A stretch of DNA of 64,000 nt, taken from contig MCFH01000014.1 in the NCBI GenBank assembly GCA_002104945.1, positions 682,001 through 746,000 on the forward strand, in the 5' to 3' direction. Below are positions 33,109-50,874 of the stretch, piece by piece; the first letter of the stretch is position 1; the number at the start of each line of letters is the position of its first letter. Position numbers and translations under genes: made by a program. The DNA is from Piromyces finnis finn (Eukaryota > Fungi > Neocallimastigomycota). Below the pieces are notes generated by a model, which saw only the letters and a list, made by a program, of their open reading frames with translations, had not been told where the DNA came from and did not search any database.

Positions 33109-33117
33109 TATCATTAA
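30533..33117 (+). CDS. RCC1-repeat protein, paralogue A, with an Asn-rich repetitive tail; 5 exons
   Basis: Exons 30533-30661, 30764-30877, 30960-31066, 31170-31347 and 31441-33117 splice in frame. RCC1 motifs: VISGRYHGFLIDKDGKPWGFGANEWSQLG and IVCGKFHSMLLSNDGNVFICGEG. Confidence 0.78.
31740..33113 (+). repeat. Coding tandem repeats: ~51-nt units (DNNIENDNNNNSNSNNK), four KRKLSNIN(V/I)EY modules and (AAT)n runs
   Basis: Visible in the 31564-33117 ORF translation and in the DNA. Confidence 0.9.
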
Positions 33118-33614
33118 TACTAGAAAATAATTAAAAAAACTATAGTACTTAATTTATTATATATATTTTATTTACAATATTACTTTATATTAGAAAATTT
33201 TTATTTTATTGTTATCTTTTAATCATTTTTTACTTTTTTTTATATAATATAAAGTTTAATAAAAATTATAACAAATATTATTAAATAAAAATATGTAGAA
33301 ATTATAAAAAAGGAAATATTGTGTGTTTTTCGGTTTATATAAAAGAGGAATTATTAATATTTTTTTTATATTTATGGATTTTAAAAAGTTTTAATTATTA
33401 TCATAATTGATTAAAGGAGCAATTTTTGTTATTTTTATATGAATTTAAGAAGTAAAATTACATATTTAATTAATACTAGTTTAAATAAATACTTTATTTA
33501 TATATTAATATAATTTTTAATAATATAATATTTAAAACATTTTAAACTCATCGTTTTATATTGAAGATTCTAGAACAAGAATAAAAATAAATTTGAAAAT
33601 GAATATAAAAATAT

Positions 33615-35080
33615 ATTAATATTTTGTTTTAATATATTTTGAATAAATTTTAAATATTATGATATTAAAATATAATTAAGAAAATGGTTAGTCTTATTAT
33701 TTTTTTTAAAAATTTGTTTTTGTTCTTGTTCTAGAATTATTAATATAATAAAATGAACATAAAATGTTTTAAACTTTATATTAATAATAATTATATTAAT
33801 TAAATTGAAAAATATTATATTTTATAATATAATAAAATAGATAATATTATATCTATTGAATATATTCTAATTTTATATATTTGATGATGACTTATTTTAC
33901 TTTAAATGTTTTAATCATTATATATAAAATATATTATTATAATAGTATTTCAATATTATTTAACTTTATATATAATTACATTTAAAATGAATTTAAATAG
34001 AATTTAAATAAAATTTAAATAAATAGTATATTTAATATATTAATTTATTAATATTTATATAATATTAGTAATATCTATATAATATTATTGTTTATATGAT
34101 AAAGATATTGATTATAAATCTTTAATTATAAATAGTAGTATATAATAATACATAATTTTTTTATAAAAAACAAATATTTGTATAATACTTATTTTTATTA
34201 TTCGAATATTGACATTAAATGGGTAGTTGTATATTTATAAAGTATTAATAACACGTATTTTATTATATATAATATATAATATATAAAACAAAACTAAGGA
34301 ATATGGTTAAATAATATAAAGCTTTTTTTATTATAATAAATTTAACTATTAGTAAATTTAAGAAAAAAGTGGATTGTGTCGGGCCAAATAAATTTTTAAG
34401 TACCAATTATAATTTAGGAATTTAATATATATTCCTTTTAATTTTTTTTAAAAAATCATTTTTTCCATCAATTAATTTAATTTATTTTTTTAATTAATTT
34501 TGAATGAATAAAAAAATTACAAAAATTAAAGTTATGGGATACATTTTAGTTAAAAAAAATAAAATATTACATGAATTTTAATATAAACTTTTTTATGGCT
34601 TTTTTTTTTTTTTTTTTAATTAATAATATTGTATAAAAAATTATTTTTAAATATTTAAATAAATATTATTTACTTTTTTTTTAAAGTATATATAAAAGAA
34701 AATAAAAATAATATTGAGTAATGCTTTTATAATAAAAAAAATTATAAAACAAACACTAAATAATTAATTTATTTATTAATTTAAAATAATATAATAATAT
34801 AATTTATAAATTATGTAAGAAAAGAAAAGTGATGATCTTTCCTTTTAGAAACTTTAAATAAATTAAAATTTTAAAGTATAAAATAAATCATATGGAATTT
34901 TGAATGGAATATTACTAAATGGGGTAAAAATATATATATTATTATTTTTTAAAAAAAGAAAAAAAGTAAAACAGTTTAAGATGAGATATAACTTACTATT
35001 GTTTTATTATTAAAAAAAACCAAAAAGACTTCTAATAATGACTTTATATTTTTATATATTAAATATATTATTATTTATAT
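33615..35080 (-). repeat. Third (internal) copy of the AT-rich non-coding repeat; reverse of ~27.6-28.9 kb and direct repeat of 37585-39600
   Basis: Shares the GC island GTGGAT(T/C)GTGTCGGGCCAAA (~34370 and ~38888; reverse complement at ~28331) and long flanking identity. Lacks the SINE-like insertion. Confidence 0.85.
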
Positions 35081-35900
35081 TATTGTTATTATTTTTGCTG
35101 ATATTACTATTGTTGTTGTTGCTATTATTAGTATTATTAAAAATTAAAGAATTATATATGTAAATATTAAATAAAAAGAAAAAATATTACATAAATGATA
35201 ATAATTTCTATTTTTTAAAATTTAGATATTAACTTAAAACCTTTGATAAAAATAATATATTACTCTAAAATAAAAATTTTATAAATTTATTGGAAAATAT
35301 AAGAATATTACAAATTGTATATTTAAAATTAAAAAAATACTTTAGTATAGAAGTAATTTAATATTACAATAAAGTTTATTATATATTTCCTTGATAAGAA
35401 TGAATGAATATGAATACTATATAAATATGCAATTCTATTTTTTAAATATATTAAATATTACAATTATTGTTTTTAAATAATTATAAAAATTATATATAAA
35501 TAATAATCAATAATAAATACTTTTCTTAAATAAAACAAAAACACGCTATTTTTCTTTTTTATAATTATAATATATATTATTTAATAATATTTTTTAATTA
35601 TATATTATAGTAAATAATGTAAAGATGTAATTAAAGTATAACTATTCAAATAAGAAATTCCAGTGTAAGTTTTTATTTTTAAGTAATTTTTATTTTTTTA
35701 AAAATATTTTAATTTTAATGATAACTATTAGAAATGTAGAATAAATGAAATTTAAATATTACAAGGTAATAAAAAAATAAATATCATTATTACTTTTATT
35801 ACTATAATCACTATCATCATAAGTATTATAATTATAACATTTGTTATTATTATTATAATCACTATCATCATAAGTATTATAATTATAACAATTGTTATTA

Positions 35901-37055
35901 TTAATTATTAATATTATTTACTATATTATATAAAAAAAGATTTAAATCGCTAATAGTAAAGTAATGGCCAATACCTGCTTGATAATTATATCCTTCACCG
36001 CAGATGAAAATATTTCCATCATTGGAAAGGAGCATGCTGTGGAATTTTCCACAGACTATTTCTAAAATTGGAGAATATATAATTGGTTCGATGAGTGTTG
36101 GGTAATCAATATCTAAATCGTCATTAATACCTAGTTGACTCCACTCATTAGCACCAAACTAGCAAAATTATTATAAAGTTATTATTTATTATTTTAGTTA
36201 TGGATTAATTTATATATTGATATATTGATAAATAATTTTTTTTATATTTACTCCCCATGGCTTTCCATCTTTGTCAATAAGAAAACCGTGATATCTACCA
36301 GAGATAACTCTGGTAAACTCAATTTTTCTCTTGTTTTTATCTAAAACAGTAAATTCAGAAGCATCCGAATTATAGTTACTACTTTTAATAGCTAAAAGTT
36401 TTTCATGATAATACTTTTGATTATAATTCCTAAAATAAATTTATAATATAACAAAGTAATAATATTTTTATTAAATTATACATTTCATTTCATATAAATG
36501 TTATAAATGTAATAATATTTTTATACCCTTACCAATAATAGAATTTATTGCTTTCAGAAATGGCATAAATATATCCTTTAGAGATAGACATATCTGTGAC
36601 CTTTTCTTTGAATTGATTTAATTTAATCAATTCATCATCCTATATGTTTTTATTATTGTTTAAATAAAATATTAGTATAATTATTTCTGGTATTATATTT
36701 ATAACTATATATATTTCTTACCATATCATTTTGCTTTAAGAGTATTTCCCCATCTTTAGATCTGAAAATGGTAATATCTTCATTTTTAACAACCTGAATA
36801 AAATGAGCATTATTGTTCCTGAAGCATCCCATTCTCTAAAAAAAATATTAAAATTTATTAAAATCATTATATTAAATAAATAATCAAACAAATAAACAAA
36901 TAAACAATAATTAAAATTTTACTAACAATTAAATAATTACGAATTAATGCTTTAAAGGTTCCTGTATGTTTTGGATTAAAATTCATAATATTACTAATAA
37001 AGTTATCCATATTGTAACTAAATGCCTTTCTATCAAAAGAAGCTTTTGAAGCCAT
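35901..37055 (-). CDS. RCC1-repeat protein, paralogue B (short, no Asn tail); 5 exons, convergent with paralogue A
   Basis: Exon 1 37055-36927, exon 2 36835-36722, last exon 36158-35901 (stop TAA after ...SDLNLFLYNIVNNINN). Same intron positions as paralogue A. Confidence 0.72.
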
Positions 37056-37584
37056 TATGAGTATGAAAAGAAAAGTAATTAATAAAAGTTGAAATTCTTA
37101 AAGTGTAATATTGATGAAAGAGAACAAATATTTTTTAACAAAAAAAATACTATGTTTTTATATAATATTTTTAAAATGATATTAACAAATAGGAATGAAT
37201 AAACTTTAAATTTTAATATCCACTTTTATTTTAATAAAAAATATTAATATAATTGTCATTATTATTGTTATTATATTATATTCTGTTATATTATATTATA
37301 TTATATTATATTATATTGTATTTTATTAGTTAAGTTAAAATTTATTATTTTAAAAAGTTAATTTTAAATTGCTTTATTAATTTAAGTTATTGATGTTTAA
37401 TATTTTTTAATATTTTATCATTATATTATATAATAATAAAATATGAGTCATACTTTTAATATTATTATGTTATATTATTTCTAAGAAATGATACTGTTAA
37501 GTTTAGAAATGATTAAATAAGAAATTATTATTCAATTCATTATTATATAGTTCTATTTTATAATTATCTTTTTTACATAAAAAA

Positions 37585-40332
37585 ATTAATATTTTGTTTT
37601 AATATATTTTGAATAAATTTTAAATATTATGATATTAAAATATAATTAAAAAAATGGTTAGTCTTATTATTTTTTTTAAAAATTTGTTTTTGTTCTTGTT
37701 CTAGAATTATTAATATAATAAAATGAACATAAAATGTTTTAAACTTTATATTAATAATAATTATATTAATTAAATTGAAAAATATTATATTTTATAATAT
37801 AATAAAAGTCGTTCCAGTTTCTATCCTGGTTATTAAAACCCCCGCTTAGCATTCATAAGGCTTCTGGTTCGACCCCCGCCATTGACAGTTCTTTAGTGAT
37901 TTTCCTGTTTCAGGTTTGCGCTTAAAGTATAGGGGTTAAAGGTCAATTCAGGTAAGTATAACTATACCACCGGACTCTACCCTAAGCAGTTAATTCAGAT
38001 TGGTAGTTTTCTCCGTATCAAGCGGTTTTCCCACTGAAGTTTAGAGTATATGTAGGAAGGGGTATCAATTAATTCACAGATTACTAACTATGGTCTTTGA
38101 GGGTTGTTCTCATCGTTAATCATCCTTCGCCAATAAAGGTTCAGGAGATCACTGGTGTTGGTAGCTCGGTCTTTGTGTGATAGGATCGTTAAGAGCAATA
38201 AGCCATTCCATATTAGCCCTGCCCAGAGGGATGATTGTGCCGACGTCGTTCTGATATGGCAATGTACAATAATGTACAATCACATACCATATATAACTCA
38301 GGGGGTTAGATGAGGATATATGGAAGTCTAAAAAAAAAAAAAAATAATATAATAAAATAGATAATATTATATCTATTGAATATATTCTAATTTTATATAT
38401 TTAATGATGACTTATTTTACTTTAAATGTTTTAATCATTATATATAAAATATATTATTATAATAGTATTTTAATATTATTTAACTTTATATATAATTACA
38501 TTTAAAATGAATTTAAATAGAATTTAAATAAAATTTAAATAAATAGTATATTTAATATATTAATTTATTAATATTTATATAATATTAGTAATATCTATAT
38601 AATATTATTGTTTATATGATAAAGATATTGATTATAAATCTTTAATTATAAATAGTAGTATATAATAATACATAATTTTTTATAAAAAACAAATATTTGT
38701 ATAATACTTATTTTTATTATTCGAATATTGACATTAAATGGATAGTTGTATATTTATAAAGTATTAATAACACGTATTTTATTATATATAATATATAATA
38801 TATAAAACAAAACTAAGGAATATGGTTAAATAATTTAAAGCTTTTTTTATTATAATAAATTTAACTATTAGTAAATTTAAAAAAAAAGTGGATCGTGTCG
38901 GGCCAAATAAATTTTTAAGTACCAATTATAATTTAGGAATTTAATATATATTCCTTTTAATTTTTTTAAAAAATCATTTTTTCCATCAATTAATTTAATT
39001 TATTTTTTTAATTAATTTTGAATGAATAAAAAAATTACAAAAATTAAAGTTATGGGATACATTTTAGTTAAAAAAAATAAAATATTACATGAATTTTAAT
39101 ATGAACTTTTTTATGGCTTTTTTTTTTTTTTTTTTAATTAATAATATTGTATAAAAAATTATTTTTAAATATTTAAATAAATATTATTTACTTTTTTTTT
39201 AAAGTATATATAAAAGAAAATAAAAATAATATTGAGTAATGCTTTTATAATAAAAAAAATTATAAAACAAACACTAAATAATTAATTTATTTATTAATTT
39301 AAAATAATATAATAATATAATTTATAAATTATGTAAGAAAAGAAAAGTGATGATCTTTCCTTTTAGAAACTTTAAATAAATTAAATTCTTAAAGTATAAA
39401 ATAAATCATATGGAATTTTGAATGGAATATTACTAAATGGGGTAAAAATATATATATTATTGTTTTTTAAAAAAAGAAAAAAAGTAAAACAGTTTAAGAT
39501 GAGATATAACTTACTATTGTTTTATTATTAAAAAAATTAAAAAGACTTCTAATAATGACTTTATATTTTTATATATTAAATATATTATTATTTATATTAT
39601 TATTATTATTCTTATTATTATTATTATTATTAGTAGTAGTAGTAGTAGTAGTAAGTAGTATTGTTATTATTAAAAAACTATAAATTTATATATGATGGTA
39701 TTATTATTATTTATTAATATTATTTTTGTATTTTTTTAAAAAAATTCAAAAATTAATAAAATAAAGTTTAGTAACATTTTTAAATAGGCCGTTTGTTTCA
39801 AAAAGGAAATTATTTTTTTTTTATCAGAATAAGTCATGCGAATTAATTATATAACATTTACATTTTATAAAATATATTAATAATAATGCACCATGAAAAA
39901 TTCAGAATATAATAAGGATTAGGTATATTGTGTTAAAAGAATGAAATAAAACTATTTTAATATTTTTTATTATATATATTTTTTAAGATTAGGTTATTAT
40001 GAATCTGGTTTCATTTTTAGATTCATATAAATGCTATTATAAACATTGAAATAAAATGAAATTTTGCTATTCTAAACAACTTTTAAAGTGGAATTCCATA
40101 TTAAATCGATGATAATATCTTCAAATGAATTATGTTTCTATTTTTTTTTACAAAAACCAAATTAAAATTGTTATTTATAATTAAATAAAACTATAGAAGA
40201 TAATTCAAAATAATTTTATTCTATAAAAATAATATTTCTATCAAAACAACTGTAATATCAAGTTTTCAAATATTTCTTTAAACAAATAACAAAATAAAAT
40301 ACATATAAAGAAATAAATTGAAAAGTAATAAA
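37585..40332 (-). repeat. Copy of the AT-rich repeat in the right arm of the inverted duplication, interrupted by the SINE-like insertion
   Basis: Near-identical to the reverse complement of 26914-28920 and to 33615-35080, apart from the 37808-38344 insertion. Confidence 0.85.
37808..38344 (+). mobile_element. Non-autonomous retroposon, candidate tRNA-derived SINE
   Basis: GC-rich insert ending in A15 (38330-38344), flanked by a 13-14 bp TSD (A)TAATATAATAAAA at 37794-37807 and 38344-38357. Empty sites at 33824-33837 and ~28880-28893. Perfect B-box GGTTCGACCCC at 37866-37876. No long ORF. Confidence 0.8.
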
Positions 40333-41009
40333 TTTTTTTGTTAAAAGAATATATTTTATTAAATAATAAACTTTTTACTGAATAATATATCATTTTTAAT
40401 CATTAAAAGGTAATTCTTTCATACTTAAAAAAGTAAAGATATATATAATATTTAAAAATTAAAAGAATGCTACTAAAATGAGGTACAATTATCAATGGAT
40501 ATCATGAATATTAGAGAGTAAAGTACATATGAAAATAATATTTTCATGTATCATCTAATATAATAATATGTTCAAGTCACATATTATTTTTATATCACTT
40601 TCAATCCCATTTGTAATAATAATAAATAATATTATCATTTATCATATTATATATAATTATAATTTAAATTTATAATGTAACAATAATAACTAAATAATTA
40701 TTGCAATTAAAATAATTATAGTAATTATAATGGTATTATCATATTGCAAATAATTATATATATTATATATACTAAAAAAAAGTAAATATTTGAATTCATT
40801 TAAATATAATATAATAAAATTGATAATTATTTAGTAAAATTATTATTTTGTTTTTATTTATAAATACATAATATTTAAACTATATATTTTTATACATTAA
40901 TTTATGGGTTAAAGATTATTAATATAATAAAAATGTAACCCATATTAATTAAATTAACTAAATTAACATATAATATATTAAAGTGTAAATTAATACTATA
41001 ATTTTTATT

Positions 41010-41520
41010 TTATGTACGCTTTTTTCAGCAATAACAGCAACAAATAATAAGTGAAATTATAATTATAATTAATAATATACCCATAATTATTAATACTTCA
41101 ATAGTATATTGTCACTATCCGAAGGACTATTTTCACGAATTTGACATGTATTCTTTACACAACTTTTATAAGAGCATTCGTCATTTTCTATACATATATC
41201 ACTTGGTGCCTTACTACAATATATATGAACTTTTACCTAAGAACTCTTTATCTGAATAAATATTACTACAATAAACAACTGGTGTTTCATCATTAAACAT
41301 ACAATGATTTTTGTAACATTTATTTGATAAGCATGAGTAGTTTTCATCAAAAATAGTTTTATTACTTTCATAATTATTTTACTCAATATCGTCAAAAGTA
41401 CAAGTATGAACAATATAATTTATTATATTACCGTTTTTATTGTAAATAATAATTATATATATCATTTACACTGGCACATTCTCTTGAAATTCTTTAGAAA
41501 TTCAAGAGTTATTATTATAA
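41010..41520 (-). pseudogene. Decayed Cys-rich, single-pass membrane protein gene
   Basis: Broken frames give CLSNKCYKNHCMFNDETPVVYCSNIY / YCSKAPSDICIENDECSYKSCVKNTCQIRENSPSDSD / EVLIIMGILLIIIIISLIICCCYC*KKRT*, with frameshifts and stops. Confidence 0.6.
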
Positions 41521-42939
41521 AGGAATAAATTATAATAAATAACACATACATTTTTTCTTTTTTAATAAAATAAAATATTTTTCTATTAAAACAATACTTA
41601 TTAGATAATAAAAATTAATTTAATAACCTCGGACCCATCTAACCCTTTGTGTTTGGTTGTTTATTATAAATCTTTATAACAAATTTGATAAGTTTTTTTT
41701 TATTTATTATTTTGATTTTCCAATATTTTTTATTTAAATATATTATATATATTACTACAATATTAATAGTTAATATTATATTGTAGATAGTAATTTCTTT
41801 AAACGATAATAAGAAATTACTGTAATTTGATAAAGAATGAAATTTATAAAGATAAAATAGCTGATTTTAAAATTATATAAACTTAATATAAATATTTAAT
41901 TAAATTTTAAAAATGTAAAATATAAATAATTTTTGTTTATAAACAAACTTAAATGTAATTAAATAGTATAAATAGAAATAGAAAATATTATTTTAAAAAT
42001 TGTTACTAATTAGCCAGGAAAATTAGAAGATATTAAAAGAAATTATAATATATTTTCTTTTATAATACATAGCGAGATGTATTATATATTTATTTTAAAT
42101 TAATAAACTAATATTATAAAACAAGATGTTTTTAAAATTTTAGAAATATGGCATATTTGAACCTGTGTCATATTTATATGTAAAAATTTAATATATAATT
42201 TCAATTATATATGCAAATTCTTAACTACAATGTATTAATACGTCATTGTAAATATTGTAATATAATTATATACAAGAATAATTAATGCTTATTTTAGTTT
42301 TGATATATTTGTTTTATTATATCTCTAATGTGTAAAATATTAAAGAAATTTATTTATTGAAACTCTTTTTATTATATGTTTGAGTTTATTTTTTCTTAGA
42401 AAGATTGTAATATCTTTCGTATTTTTTGAAAAAATAATAACTCTTGATTTTTTATTAAATTCAAGAATTGTTTTATTTATAGAAATTTTAAAATTTAAAG
42501 TTAAATTAAAGAATTTTCTAGTCTAAAAATAAATTAACTAGGGAAAGACTGGAAAAGAAAATCCTAGAAGGATTTCAATTAATAATCTATTCTTATTAAT
42601 CACCGAATAATTAAATCAAAACCTATTTGTGATAGGAAAAATACATTATTTATAAGAAATATAGAATTACTTAAATTTAATTCTAATTTCTTACATTATA
42701 AGAAATATTTGTTGCCATAAAATTGCCAACAAATATTTCAATTGAAACCATGTCATGAATATTAGTGGATTCATGATAAGTTATTTAAATGTTTTATTCA
42801 TTTAATTAATCAGAAATAATATTTTATAAAAACATTATTAAATAATAATTTTAGAGATATTTATTAATTATAATTAATAAAATTTTATATTTATTAAAGT
42901 TTAAATAATATCTCTTCATCCATTTGATGTGGAAGGAAA

Positions 42940-47905
<4,966 letters not shown>

Positions 47906-48448
47906 AAAAGACCCCTAGAATTACTAATTCAAGGATTTATAAAGTGAGAGTTATGGATAACAAAAAGGATCTAAATATTATTGATTTTTATTTAAGTACA
48001 AACGATACTCTGGAAGTTAAAGTTAGAGTGTTAATTGATTCAGGGTCCGAATTAAGTTTTATTAATCCTGAACTTGCTAAAGAAATTGGAATTAATTTTG
48101 AAAATGTTGAACCTTTCCGAGTTTCAAGAGTTAACGATGGGATTTCCTGTGTAATGGAAAGGAGTGAAAAGTGCATGTTAAGGTGTAGAAATTATTTTGA
48201 AACTATTCAATTATATGGTTTAAAGGTTCCTGTTGTCGACATAATTCTTGGATTACCCTGGATTAAAAAGCACACAATCCTGAGGATTTTTATGATTCCA
48301 AGAAAATCAATTTTAGTTCGGGTTATTGCGCCAGACACTGTAATCATGGGAAAAGAAATAGAAAAAGTAAGAAGAAATCCAGGAAGGACAAATTAGACCA
48401 TGAAGTCCTCAAAAAAAGTCTTATGAAGAAATCGACTAAATCCATTGG

Positions 48449-49174
48449 TGTAAAGATATAAAGTATATCTTTAAATTATTTAATAATTAATTAATAATTA
48501 TTGAATAATAATTTTGATATTTTAATGAAAAATTGTTTATAAAATTTATTGTATAAATTTTATGGAATAATTAAATAAAGATTAATTTTAAAATATCAAA
48601 GTTAGAAATGGAATTTGGATAAATATTTAAATTAATGGATAATTAACTTTAAATATTTTAAATATTCAAATTAAATCTTAAAAAGTTTTTATTTAATTAA
48701 AATTAGTTTAATAACTTTAGCGTAGTTTTAAATTAGCATTTTTAATTATAAATATATAATAAATAGTATTATTAATATTTAATTAATATATAGGTAATAC
48801 ATGGACTGTATTCAATTTGCAGTTCACTCAAATTGAATCAAAAATGTATTTAATTAGTTTTAGTTTAGTTTATTCATTTTATTATTTAATTAAATTAGTA
48901 TTAAATTAGTTTTGTTTATTTTATATTGAATATATGTATAATTAAATAGAATAGTATATTAAAATACAATTTACAAAAAATATAAATACATGTAAAATTT
49001 CTTGATTAAAACAATGTAATTGTTATTGACTATTATTTAGTTAATAACTAAATAAGATTAATAAAAGAGATATTTTTTTAAATATAATTTATTTTCTTGT
49101 TTTTTCTTTATTTTGTGTTGTTGTTTTATTGTAAAAAATTTTATAATCTGTTTTACATTTATAAAACTTTTACA
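48449..49174 (+). mobile_element. Solo LTR, family A (second, diverged copy)
   Basis: TGTAAAG...TTTTACA termini; TSD ATTGG at 48444-48448 and 49175-49179. Confidence 0.9.
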
Positions 49175-49210
49175 ATTGGTTTCTCGGATAATGCAAGCAC
49201 CTCAACTAAG

Positions 49211-49696
49211 TGTAAAGATATCAAACGCCACAGATTGATATTTTTAATGTAACTTAAGCCATAAATATTATCGTTTAAGTTACAGGAATTATATTACAGA
49301 AAAAGAAAATAAGACATAATTTATTTATTAATAATTGTAAAGATATAAAATATATCTTTAAATTATTTAATAATTAATTAATAATTATTAAATAATAATT
49401 TTGATATTTTAATGAAAGATTATTTATAAAATTTACTGTATAAATTTTATGGAATAATTAAATAAAAATTAATTTTAAAATATCAAAGTTAGAAATGAAA
49501 ATTGGATAAATATTTAAATTAATGGATAATTAAATTTAAATATTTTAAATATTCAAGTTAAATCTTAAAAAAGTTTTTATTTAATTAAAATTAGTTTAAT
49601 AACTTTAGCGTAGTTTTAAATTAGTAATTTTTAATAGCAAATATATAATAAATAGTATTATTAATATTTAATTAATATATAGGTAATATATGGACT
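49211..49696 (+). mobile_element. Truncated family B LTR (49211-49335) interrupted by a truncated family A LTR (49336-49696)
   Basis: 49211 starts TGTAAAGATATCAAACGCC as at 61911; 49336 starts TGTAAAGATATAAAATATATC as at 48449; the sequence jumps to the RT motif HRPYDCEI at 49697. Confidence 0.82.
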
Positions 49697-50874
49697 CATA
49701 GACCTTATGATTGTGAAATCAAACTTAAGGATGGTTCAACTTTGTTTTATGGACCTTTGTATCCATTAACTGAAATTGAAAGAGAGGAACTTAAAAAATA
49801 TATAGATGATAATTTAAATAAAGGTTTTATCAGTATATCATTGTCTCCTGCTGGTGCCCCAATTTTATTTGTTAAAAAGAAGGATGGTTCCTTAAGACTT
49901 TGTATTGATTATAGAAGGTTGAATGATATTACAATTCGTAATTCATATCCTTTACCTTTAATAAGTGACCTTTTGGATAGAGTAAAAAATGCTAAGATTT
50001 TTACCAAATTAGACCTTAAATCCGCTTATAATCTTATTCGTATTAAAGAAGGTGATGAATACAAAACGGCTTTTCGTACTAGATATGGTCATTTTGAATA
50101 TCTGGTTATGCCTTTTGGATTAAAGAATGCACCTGCAACTTTTCAACACTTCATTAACGATGTTCTTAATGATTATTTAGATGATTTTGTTATCTCATAT
50201 ATTGATGATATTCTTATTTATTCTAATAATATCGAAGAACATCATGAGCATGTTAAAAAGGTACTTAAGGAATTACTTGAAAATAATCCATATGTTAAAT
50301 TAGAAAAATGTGAGTTTGATGTTAAGAAAACCACTTTTCTTGGTTATGTCATTTTAAAAGATGGGTTGCAAATGTATGAGAATAAAGTTAAAGAAATTCT
50401 TGATTGGTCGGTTCCCAAGAATGTTAAAGGGGTTCAGTCTTTTATTGGTCTCTGTAACTATTACAGAATTTTTATTAAAGACTTTGCTAAAATTGCAAAC
50501 CCTCTTCACAAACTCACTAGAAAGAATGTTGCTTTTAACTGGGTGAAAGAAGATCAGGACGCTTTTATTTTATTAAAAACTTTGTTCACGTCAGCTCCTA
50601 TTCTGAAACATGCGGATAGTAATAAACAATTTATTGTAGAAACTGATGCTAGTAATTATGCTATAGGTGCTATTCTCTCTCAATAATTTGACGGTAAATT
50701 ACATCCTATTGCATTTCTTTCTAAAAGTTTGACGAGTTGTCAAAGAAACTATCCCATTTATGACAAGGAACTTTCAGCTATTATAGTTGCTCTGGAAGAA
50801 TGGCGTCATTATTTAGAAGGTGCACGCCATCAGTTCATAATTTATACCGATCACAAGAACTTAACATTTCCTAG

